This document shows positions 11,735 through 23,577 of a DNA stretch of 64,000 nt, piece by piece. Every line of letters starts with the position of its first letter. The stretch's first letter is position 1. Source of the DNA: Phallusia mammillata (taxonomy: Eukaryota); contig OZ281497.1 in the NCBI GenBank assembly GCA_965637545.1, positions 15,376,001 through 15,440,000 on the forward strand, in the 5' to 3' direction. The notes below the pieces were generated by a model. That model did not search any database. It was not told the DNA's origin and was given only the letters and a program-made list of their open reading frames with translations. A program made the translations under genes and the position numbers.

Positions 11735-14700
11735 AATTTTTAGCTAAATACAAACTTGCTTACGGGTTTTTGTGTGGCATAAGTGCAATACCTTATGACA
11801 GACAGTATCTAAACCTGTCGATGACATGTGGCCGTTAACATTTACTGGTCGAAAAAACAATTGCTAGTGGGAGCAAAAGAGTAGACTCAAATGCGATTGC
11901 TATGTTGCAGTAAATGTCAACTTAAAAATGTCACAAATTGACAAATATAAAAAAGGATTCAAAGTGACATTGTAAACTATACTGATACAATGCCATAAAC
12001 TTACAAACTAACTCACTTAGCCTACACGTATTCTCGCATTTGGTCATAACAAAAAGGATCCTATGAGATTGCAACACTGTGTACCCACACCGATTGATTA
12101 ACGGTATGGGTGTTGAAACAATGTTGACCGCTATCTTTCAACATTGACAAACTTGTGTCTTGTACCTGGCACAGGGGATACCTGGATGTAGTGTATCTAG
12201 AATAAACACTCTAAGCATTTGCTCAAGGTGATTACTGGGGATTCGCATGCAGAGCGATAACACAGGAGGCAGTTGAGACTTTGCTCAAGTGCCGTTGCGG
12301 TATAATTATTGCGCAAATTACCACCACAGACTTGGCCTGTGGTAGATGGGTAGATAAGTTCGACTTTAAACCAAGGTTAATAGACTTCTTGTGTGAAAAG
12401 CTAACAGATTAATAAGTGTTCGTCAAAAGTATGTAAAAGTCTCACTAGGAGCAATGTATTTATTATTGAGGTTTACGCGATAGGTTGAATCAAATTATTT
12501 ACTGTTTTTAAAACGTTACAATCTTTTAAAGATATGTATGCGCATGTCTTTTGATTTAATTCAGTTTGGTTGCAATGAAACTGGTGCCCGATCCTCAAAA
12601 AAAAAAACATAACGCGGCAACTAAAGTTACAACCAATAAGCAGAGGAAAGGCTTGTCACTTTTCGACTCGTCTTGGAAAGTAGTGAATGGCTTAATTTTA
12701 GGAAGTTAGACTTCCTTCATTCAGATTCAACAAGCCCCAGGAATAAATAACTTAGTAGATAATCGGAAACAAAGTCGATTAGACAGTTTCTCGTCGGTTA
12801 AAGTTGTTCGAAGACTCTGCAATTGACGAAAAAGCAACTGTCTGGGCGCGTACTTACGGAGTGAGAACTGGGAAGGCAAGATTACAGCAGGTTCTGTTCC
12901 GTTCGAGCGAGTTTTTGTAAACGCAAACAGCATGTGTTAAACTAACAATTAAAACGTAACAAACGTTTTACTTGGAATGTGTCTTTGGTACTGATTGTGG
13001 TTAAAAAAGATGGGCAATTGTTAATGGTAGATTGCTGTGACCTGTGAGTATGGTGTTGTTAAGGTCGTCAGTTTTTTTTTGATATATTTTTCATAACAAC
13101 GAATATAAAGTCGCAATAAAAATAGTTTTGACCTAATCGCCGGGTAAGTTGTCACCGCAAAATGGCTTCCCCTCAATTTTTTGGGCATTTATTTGCACGG
13201 TGGTTGAGGTTCATAACTTATAAGCTCACTCCATAAAAACCTAATTTCGTCCTAGGCCTTTGTAATTGTGCAGTTACATTTTACCTTAAAAATTGCTAGT
13301 ATTAAAGACATCTATACTATTTTACATGCCACCCCATTAAGTGTTAATACAAGTCAAGTCCAGGTAATAGTATTTTATGATGCTTTGTTGTAAAAGTTAT
13401 TTTATTTTCATTGTTATAATTTGTTCAACAATAAATTTACGTTTGCCTATATTTACCCAGGAGTAGAGTTTATTAGCTTTTGGTTTACATTTGTCTGTTT
13501 TGGTTTCGTTACATGTAAACTACACTCTTCGCACTGTTCGTCGTGTGCAAATATTTTGAGGTCTTCGGAGCAAAAAGGTATGAACTTTAATACATATTGC
13601 AAACACATTAAATTACACGCGTCATCTTACTGTTTTATTAGCCTTCACAGTTTGTGTATGGTTGTTCAAATTGTGAAAGAAAGCTTTTGGCTTACCATGT
13701 TTGTTGAGAATTGAATTTAAGTTGTTAAGGGGCAATTTAATAGCTACTTCTCTACTTACGGTCAACTGTTTCATCAATCTGTTCATTAATTAATGATGGT
13801 TAAAGTGCTATTCGCCAAACGGCCTTTCGATTGGTTAGTCACATATCTGTGTAGCGCATGGTACAGCCAAGCTCGTCCGTGCTCGATTGTCACTTTGTCG
13901 CAATCAATTGCTCATCATTCGTCACCTAATCGCCTTAATTTCTTGTATAGGTATGTATGTTGTTTTCTTCCTGTGCCCTTTGAAGGTGCCTTACCCTGAC
14001 CACGCCAGGTATTACAATGTTGTACAACGTATCATCCTATGCACAATAGCGCGGGGCCTGATGTCATGTCTTTGAAAGTTCAAATCCGGAACTGAATAGT
14101 TGCTATTGAGCTATTCTGGTCACACGCCGACGTCACGTGTTTTTGGCGTGTTGTCTTCCCATTCGTGGCCTGTAACAAAATATCGCGCTTCATTATTCGC
14201 CCTAAACGAGTAACATCTTCGCCGCCGTCAACACGCGCGCCTCTTCGCAAACAGCCCGGCGACGGACAATTGGAAAATGGCGGGCGGAATTGATAGAGGG
14301 GTTAGCGCAAGCCTGGAATAGCAACAGATGATGAACGACCTGCTTTGAACCGGGGTACGCAGACACGTAATACAATACAGATAGTTGTGTGAAAAGCCTT
14401 TGGATTGCCAGGTGATGTTGTCTTCCATGACAAAGATTCGTCGCCGATATTAAGAAAGCGAAACGACCTTTGGTTTGGTAAGAAAACTTGTTTTTCGTCT
14501 TTTGTGCAATGTGAAACATCTTGCCCGTGCTGTGTAAAAGAATTAACAACGTGTTTCAATGTTTAACATTAAGCAGAATAACGGAATTATCTTCCATGAT
14601 GAATGTAAAAATCGTGTGTCAATAACTAGTACATTTGTAGGGTGATAGTTTGATTTCCAACTTTTTGGTTTCTTTTCAGCGTTTTAACAAAGATTTTTGC

Positions 14701-17700
14701 ACTGGCCTATAAATTCCAAATATTCTGTAAACGTGGACACCGTCCGATTTAGGAATTGTTACTTGAAGGCAAACATAGTTTGCAGCTAATATTCACATCG
14801 CCCCCGACTGAAACGGTTACACGATTTTACAACTGTTTGCAAAGTGTCGCGTTCTTGGCAAACTCAACCGTGATCATTGGCAAATAACCTTCTGATCTTG
14901 AAGTCTACAAAACAGAAAACAGATTGATATCTGACACAGCCCAAAACGTGCACATAACGTGCATAAAAGAAAACACGGGCGAAGTTAATATCATGAGAAA
15001 TTATTTAGTGAATATATAAAAAAATAATGTTAATTAAATGACAACGGAGTAAAAACACAGTGGCACTGATCTCGCTCTGAATTGTTTATTAAAGGCGCCA
15101 TTGATGTCACTGCAAACAGTAACCATGATAATTCACTTTTTTCAGTTATGTGAAACAATTTCTTCACGCATTATTAAACAATTTCCGGAAGGCCAATCAG
15201 TGCATTTGTATTGTTTGCTTGGTTTAGTATTCTCTGGTAGTGATATGGTATAAAACCGCGATTTTGTTTCAAATATATACTTTTTAGATGTTTAATTTCG
15301 CCTCCAAACTTTGAGACGTTTTGCAACTAATTGACGAACTATGTTTGTTTCTTTGCTGAATAAAGGAAATATACTTGATAATAGTCTGGTGAAACAAAAA
15401 ACGCTACAACCGAATACCTGCAACTCGTTTAGGTTAGAAGCTGTTAGCATCAGCATCAGTACGCACATTCCCGAGTGTCGGGCAAGTGTTTGCTCCAAGC
15501 GGGGAGTCAAGTTTGCTTTAGTCGCGCTATCACTTCGCCGTGTCGTGTTGTTTGGCTTGCCATCTCTGGCAATAGGAAGGTGTCCTCGGGACAAACATTT
15601 GTTTGGTCGAAGGTCGTCGCCGTTATCTCTTTGCCCATTCGGCGCGCAGCGCTTGCTTGCACCGAGCAACTAATTATCGAAGTTGAACACACAAATTTAA
15701 CCTCATCTTGTCTGGCATTGACGTCACGTTTTATTGCGTACAATAAATCGGCTGAAAAAGTCGACAAGCGCTTCTTTTAAGTACCCTGTGGCACGACACT
15801 TTGCAGATATTTTGCCACGCCCGAGATTTCTCGCAAACGGAACTTTAAAAAACGCTTTTGGCGCAAGAGAGCGATCGGATGCATTGCATCACACTTGTTG
15901 AGTTACATTTTGCTGTCTATTTTTAGGTACATGTTTTATTTACTTCCGACCTATTTAAAAGTTTTTTTTACAAATCCACAATTTGCAGCCACTGCTGGTA
16001 ATGGTTCTTCAGGTATGAATACATAATGCATAGATAAATGTGGCAAAAAAGAAGAACCCTTTTTTATTTTATTTTATCAGTTATAACAGGACAAATGACC
16101 CACTTATTGCTTGCATTTGAATACGTTTCTAATACGTGTATGGTGGTATTCGTATTCATTATTTTCGCCGTAATTATAAATATTTTTAAACCAATTTGGC
16201 CCCAGCAATCCTTTTTCAATTGGGTCCCAATGCATTTGTCATTTTTACTTTAAAGAAAGAGAATGCGACACGGCGACAGAAATACCTGAATTGCAATGAA
16301 TGTTAATGTGAATTGTCCCATACTCCGTCACAAGCCAGTGGATGTCTCCTTCCAGATGTCAAAGCAATAAAGATAAGAATAGGTTGGCACTCAAGTCTTT
16401 GGAAGTTTTACTGCCTTAATGATCAATTTCCTATCGCGTCCGGGATGAGTTTGTCCCATATTTCGCACGATTTGAAACAATTTATCAAATCGCATCGCGG
16501 ACAATCGACTTCAACGTGCAAACCGCTTCAAACCCTCCGCTGTCACGAGGAAAGCAAAACGGTTGCGCTTCTCCCCAAACTTTGCATTGACTTTAAATTC
16601 TAAGCTTTGTGCCCGGTCAAAGGCTTGGATGATGTACTTTGACTCGTCGAATAGCGGAGTGTTTGCGTTTGTCAGGCCCCCAGGTGCGCGCATGCGGCCT
16701 TGGCCTGATTAATGTTGAGGACCTCTTCAAAGATGTACAAGACTATGTGCCTTCAGTAATCCACAATAGAACGTGGCATGCGCCGGAGCCTAGTGTTGTT
16801 GAGTGTTCAATTTGAACGATATCGTCGTCCAAACAGAGGCGTGCGTGGATTTATCAAACATCGCGCCGACAGAGTAGATATTCGAACGTGACAATGGAGC
16901 GATATTAGATCGTTGCCTACTGAAATTTGATTGTTGCTTCTGTGTATAAAGTGACAAATGTCCCCTAGTTTTCTAGCCTTGCTAATATTTACAGTTCCAA
17001 CGAACACAGGCCGTCTCATTGCCATCGGTGGTTGTGCTATGAACTGAATGCATAGCGTCGTTTCGTCAGCTATAATGGCGGTTAGGGCGTTGGCTGCGGG
17101 AGCAAGTTCATGCGTTGTCTTCCAGCGAACGTTTAAAGTCGGAGACAAAGAAGCGTTCGTGACTTTGTCGCAAAGCAAGCACTGCCTGCGTGCGAAGCGC
17201 TTACGACGCCTCACATCGACATCACCACAAACAAACCAAAGCACGAGTTTTTACGACTCTGCTTTGTCGCTCTCCCATCGCCGATCCAATGCATTTGTAC
17301 GCAGAAGCAAACATATCACGATGAGATGAAGTGCGCCTTCCACGAAGAACAAACATGATCAAGTTCTCGGATTAATAAAAATCCACAGATCAATCAAATG
17401 GTGGCGTTGGTGTGTTACCTCCACCCTTGCCTTGCTTTTTGTATTTACGCATTTACTTTCATATGTGGGAGTGCTTGATTGAACGCTAAACAGCTTTGCT
17501 TCTGATCTTCTTTGATGGTTTGCTGACCGACCAACGGAAAAGTTGGACAATGAGGTTTGAAATCTTTTGTGTTGTTCATAGACTTTTTTATGGAGGAAAA
17601 TTTCTCTGGGTATTTTATTGTAAAGAAAGCAACATTGATTAAAAATCCAAAACAAGAATACGAAAAGCTGTCATATTTTTTTTACGAAAACAAATCTGTT

Positions 17701-20700
17701 TATCTCAACACTTCACGACAAATTTTTTTGTCCGTAAGACTTTAACAAACAATGAGGCAACTCTTCTGGTTTGCACCTGGTGAATGCGCTTACAAACGTT
17801 CAATCGAAGGCACAAAGAATGTAAGCAACTTTCAAAGACAATAGTAAAGAGTTTTATAGTCCGGCAACTGTAATCCAATCAATTGCAAAATAACTGCAAA
17901 TCCAAACGCCGCCCGATTTTTCTACAAATGGCAGGAATTTGTTAAAGAGGGGTATTGAATGAGTTCAAACACCTCTAATTAATTTAATTGCCAATTAAAA
18001 GTGCTACTGATTCACTCAATCGCACGTGCAGCAAGTTGCCTTAATTGGCTCCTCTAAAGGCGATGAAATGTCTTTTGTAAATGCCATGGTCGATGCTCAT
18101 GGTCTCCACTTTAATCATCTGAACAAAAGAATACAGCGCGAAAAATTTGTTGTTAAGGTACGCGATCAAAAGCAGGTTTTCGTTTAGTATTAACACATTC
18201 AAGTCATATCTGAAGCATTGACCGAGCCACGCGCGAGGCCTTTCAAGATCGGTCGGTTGCTAAGATACCGCTCCAAGCGACGCGTTTCGGTAATTAGTAT
18301 TAACAGACCTTCGAATCGAACTCGCCATTGATTAACTGATCAACTTTTCTTGATTTGTTATAATAATGCCGCACACAGGTGCACTAATAAAATTACAGCA
18401 CAAACCGCTCTGAAGGGTTGATGAGTTTATCGTTATTGTTATTTTCTGAACTTCAATTAGTTGCAACGAATTCCGTTTTGAGGTTATTCTTTTGTACAGG
18501 GTACACACTAACTGCTTTGAACAAGTGAGGCATTCTTATGTTTAAAAGAGGGAAATATTTAACCGTGTACAACATTGTTATTCGGTTTGACGGCTAAAAC
18601 AAATTATATCGAAGATAAAAACTAATGTTTTACTTTTAAATGGCCAAAAACTCACACTCAAACCACCCGTGAGTTTAACAATGTTAAGTTTGATAGGCCT
18701 ATACTGATTCCGGTAACTTTTTGTCTTTTATTACCCAAACTTTTTTAGGGCTCATTTGAACTTGATTTGACCCAGTGAACTTCACTAATTCTTTCCAACA
18801 GTTTTGACAAAAACAATTTCAATGTGAACTTCGAACCGCAACGAGATCCCTTGCGTTTGTCAATATTGAAGATCGGGGATCGGCGCAGGCGATCGTTGGC
18901 TCCCATTCGTGCAGCATCTGTCTAACTGAACTAAGACAACCCAAAATTTGGGCGGAAACAATGGTGATCAGGTGCGAAATTTAACAGTGTCAGGTTCATG
19001 AATGGCACGACATCAAAGAAACCGACCCGCTTCGTGCGTAACACCGAAGCTTCGTGTCAATGTTGGATGTTTAAACAGCGCCGCGTGTGTTTTCCTTGGC
19101 GGTGGAGGTCTTTACAATGAGGAAGTGCGACTTCATACGTTCTGAGAGACGAGGACCAAGCCCTTCTGAGCAATCAGCTACTATACACCTAATTACACGC
19201 AACTTTTGGGGAACTTGGCTTGCACCTGGCTTCTTTTTCCAACCTTTGACCACCGGAAGCAAGTATGTTACACACTGAGGGAGACCATGAGAGTTAGAAA
19301 TATTTTGAGAGCACAATTTATTGATTTTAATATCGCATATTTAAAACTGTTTGAACAACAAATGCTGTTTACTAGAAAGGTAACGCACATGTGATTTTCA
19401 ACGACTTCTGCTGTGCGTTGAACGCCGATTTTTTATGACATACTTGTTTAAAGGCACCCGATCCGTCTACTTTTAGGCGCTTTAAACTGTCGAATTTTTA
19501 AAGGTATGAGAAGCGATGATCGTCTTGTTTGTTGGAGTTTGTTGTTTGCTTATTGATAAATTGAATGTAGTGGAAATACAGTTCATTTTAATTAACAGTT
19601 TTCGTAAATGACCCCTTTTTAAAAGGAATGCCGCAGCCGCAGGTCAATTGCTACCGGATTTTTTTACAAATCATTTGGGGTTTCACTTGAAAACAAATGT
19701 TTTTCGTTACGAGTACGTTTGCTGTTGGCATTGAAAATGCATTGCAGCGTCCTATTCGGGTTGAAAATAAATAAATGGACAATCAGGCGTGTTTGTGCTT
19801 GTTATCGCCAACATATCACCAGTTCAGCGGTTTGCTGCACGTGCGGAAAATTCGCCAAGCTGCTGCCAAACGCTTACCGCAGGTCCCACAAAGCAATTTT
19901 CCCGTGGAGATTAGAAACTGACCTCGGCGTGTCCTTGAGATGTCCTTCCGGAGCAAAGGCTACGGCCGTTGAAGCCACGGGGTCAGATCGCGAGCCAAGA
20001 TACGCGCCACTGACCACGAAAACAAGCGTTATCGCTGTAACATCGGGAAAATTACCGTTGTGTGAAGCATTATCCACCGGCTGGTAGAGAGATGAAGTGC
20101 CAGTACTCGGATTGCTCCGTTTCCGACAAATGCATTGTGCCCATGGAAAAATCGGACATCCTGTGCGTAACAGGCTCAAGCGATTGGGCTCATCGAATGC
20201 CTCCGGTATTGTATGTTTGTCTTTGCTGTCATGCACGTCTTGGCACCGGCCAGCGTCGGGGTGAAACCACGCGCGCTCTTCATAAGCACCGATCGAGCGC
20301 AACAGCATTTGGCGAAGGGTAGCCGTCAGATTGTAGTGACGCACCCGTGGTGATATCTTCCGGTTTTACGCAGAATTGCGCCGTTTTGGCATCAATCGCA
20401 CGGACTTTCATCTCGTGGGAACACGGGCCATTTCGCGTGCAAGCCCAAGGTGTGAGGCGCATTTACGTCACTGATGCAGCCAGAGAGCTTCTTTAAGCCC
20501 CACTCGGGTACTCTATATATAACTCGCAAGCTGGTGCAGATGTCGAAAGGGAGATGGGGGTGTGTTGCCACGCTGTACATTGTAATATCTTTAAACAGCC
20601 ACCGTCTTTCACTGTTCGCTTGCCAGAGGAACCTTTTGCTCGCTGCTGATAGTTTCCTTTCTTGACAGTGTGCTGCTACCCCAAAACCCGATACAACTTT

Positions 20701-23392
20701 GTGCCAATACTTCATTTTAATGGTTTTCCAAATGCGCAATTCTGATACCACAAACTCGCACAAATTCGAGGTCATTAAATGGGTAATGTGAAAGAAGAAA
20801 CTTCCGTCTCAGACCACTGCACGTGTTCGATTCTTACACTTCCAAATTCGTGCTTTTCTTAACCTGCAAAAAAGTTTTTGTAGGAGTTTAAAATCTGTGG
20901 GACAACCTTTTCAATTTTCCTATAGTGGCATGAAATATGATTTGCGCCCCTCTTTCCCATGTATTGGCGTACGCGGAAAGATCGAACGGGAGTTCAATGT
21001 GCATGGCAACCTTTGGATGGACGCGATAAACGTGTCGCGCGCCACTGCACTTCACCTTGGGACATGTGTATTTATGCCAGTTAACATCTTAAACTCGGCG
21101 CGGTGTGCGCAAATCCATTTCCGGGACAAAGAGGCCGGAGGATGTTCTTGGACGCCCATGACGTCAGCGTGTGGCATGTGAATCGGCGACGCGCGGGGAA
21201 AATTGCCTCAATGACTTGTCATTGCATGTGCCTTAATTTAGTGAGGCCAATCTTTCTCATGGTCAGGTCGCGTCGCCCGGCAAAGAACACCAGCTGTACC
21301 TTGAATAAACCTGTGCAGCTGTGTACTGCAGCCGCCGCTGCCGCGCTCAACTTCGGGGCAGCATTCAGTCCCGATCCTTGTTTCGGTCTCCGTAACCGTG
21401 AGAATTCACGCCAATGGCTTCTCCCAAAAAGATAACTAATATTTCACGGCGAATAGATACGGCTTCATCAACACGTTAGTCGTGTTTACAAACTTGCGGC
21501 CAATTGGATGCTGGAATTGCTGATACCGCTTATCGAAACGCTTCTTTCCGTCAAATTGATGCTTGTGTATGGGTGTGCGTGTACTGTAAATGGCCGTTAG
21601 TAGCTTTTGTATTGCAAAATATTCAAACATTGTTCAGAGTCCAAATATTTGAAAACCCGGCGTGAATACATTTAACGTATCAGCTCCAAGACAGTGTTAG
21701 CGAAATATTGCGGTCTATGATATAACTTTTTTAAGACAAACACGTCTCGCATTCGACAAGTGTTTATATCAAACATCGCGTTGGTTGTGCACCGATGTCA
21801 CGTTTCGATGAAGAGTGAATCTCTGAGTCGCAGATGTCTCGCCGAGATACACTTGCCAGCATTTGACCGACTGTTTCTATTTCAAGTGCCAGATACGTGA
21901 CATTTTTAACACGCCTGCTACTGAATGCCAGAAACCCGGTCATAATCAAGTCAATGCCAGTCAATAGGGCGGAGCACAGCATCAAGATGCGTTGTTTAAT
22001 CACACTCGTAGTGAGATGCGGGCATCTTTGAGGTGCCTCGCTCCGGAATGGCATTTGACGTGGCGAAGAGGTGTGCTGTTCTCACTGGCAGGTGCTCGAG
22101 TTCGATGTTGGCGAAGTAACACTTGACATGACGATTCGGCCTTTTGGTGATTTTATTGCTTTGCGTCTGTCGGGAATTACACGGGACGCTCCAACTACGC
22201 AAGGATCCGCATGCCCAGGAAGTTGCACAGACAGCCTTTGGCGAAAAGCTCCGCTATAAATACTATTTGGAGTCATCGCAATACGGGTCGATTGCTTTGC
22301 GCCAGATATATATTTCCGCATCAACCCGGCACAGAACGTCACAAGGTCCCTCGTTAACAGGGTTGTCACGATTTCTAAGACTTTCGTTGTTTCTTAAGCG
22401 GTTAAACTCGTGCGTTCACCGGTAGTTGCGGGCAGCGCTCGCCGACTTGTCAAGGGTCGATCGTATGAATGCAACGAGTGCTTTCATTCACAATTAGCGC
22501 CGCGTGTGTTTAATCAGCCCCATTGTCAAGTCCAAACGACTTCCTGGCCGACCGAAGCGTCACGACGCTGGCACCGTGCCGTATTTTAGAAGAGGTGTGG
22601 GTCTTCAGATTCCAATGTCGCCTCGGCTGGTAACGGCATATATGATACATCTTAGTTTTGCTTTCGCTATTTGTCCGCTAATTGGCTCCGTTTACCACTT
22701 GTCCACTGTCAGTACTGGCCATGTAGAGCACTTCAACATGTGCTGTGTGGTTCCCTACAAGTGTTTGCGATTGTCGTGATACGAACAGGGGATCATCTTC
22801 TCGTACTTTCCGCCACTCAATCTCTTATCTGTGTCGAGATTTGTTCACGGTAGGTTCGCGCTCTTACTTGATGCACAAGAGCTTTACTAGTTTTCACAGC
22901 AGTCGGGGGTAATTGTCAGTCGAGAATTAGGTAAATTAGCGGCGCATCCCAGTAACGAGCGATCCGGAAACAGTAGAGTGTTTACTCAGAATCGAGTGTT
23001 CCATGAAGTGACCCTCGTTGGTCGACCGCGTCTTTCGCAACTTCGGAAGTCGCAACGGACAAGTAGTGAAATCAAGAAACTGTCCCCTCGTTCATTTTCC
23101 AAAGAGCAACTTTTCGGCATTTTAATTTCTGGGACCTTCCAGGTTCTAATTCTTGACTTTTTGTCACGATCTCTATCAGTTTACATTTACATGGTGTATT
23201 GATCGTAAAAAAATACTCTAGTTGCCACGATGAAAAGTAAAAAGTATATCTTGCGACCATAAATATATTTAGCCAAGGAAATTAATATTTGAATAAAACC
23301 ATGACATTTAGTGTTTATTACAGAATCTTTCCCGTAAATAGTAGGCATCTTTGGTCGACGATCACTGATTATTATGGAACTATCTGTAAGAA

Positions 23393-23577
23393 TTATTGAC
23401 GAAGCAACAGTGCTTCCTAATCAGAATCAGTCAACAAATATTGTTTAACGATACATATTTCACCTAAAAAGGGCATCATCAGTCGTTCTTATCGAATATT
23501 CCTTTTTAGGTGAAATATATATCGTTAAACAATATTTGTTGACAGATTCTGATTATGAAGCACTGCTTCGTCAATTA
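23393..23577. mobile_element. Foldback/MITE-like element: ~77-bp inverted arms around a 28-nt spacer, flanked by TTA direct repeats
   Basis: 23396-23472 is the near-exact reverse complement of 23501-23574 (one 3-nt indel plus three substitutions by eye). TTA at 23393-23395 and 23575-23577. Confidence 0.7.

Noticed and set aside
12163-12185. TACCTGGCACAGGGGATACC resembling the U1 snRNA 5' end
   Set aside because: Lacks ATACT upstream, the GATCACGAAGG loop and an Sm site downstream.
12560-12933. Short peptides resembling the missing GSS N-terminus (APVSLQPN, ILPSQFS, QSLRTTLTDEKLSNRL)
   Set aside because: Wrong spacing or order, interrupted by stops, and no workable splice path. Probably chance, though a profile search is worthwhile.
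18068-18157. Short ATG-initiated frame ending in a phase-0 donor (possible first exon of copy A)
   Set aside because: No similarity to copy B exon 1, and 14 kb away; cannot be supported without transcripts.
20062-20322. Cys/His-rich ORF resembling a BED finger (CLCC...GETTRALHKH)
   Set aside because: Second His is missing and there is no transposase sequence nearby.
16852-21780. 14-mer TATCAAACATCGCG occurring twice (16852 and 21767)
   Set aside because: Several 14-mer matches are expected by chance in 64 kb.
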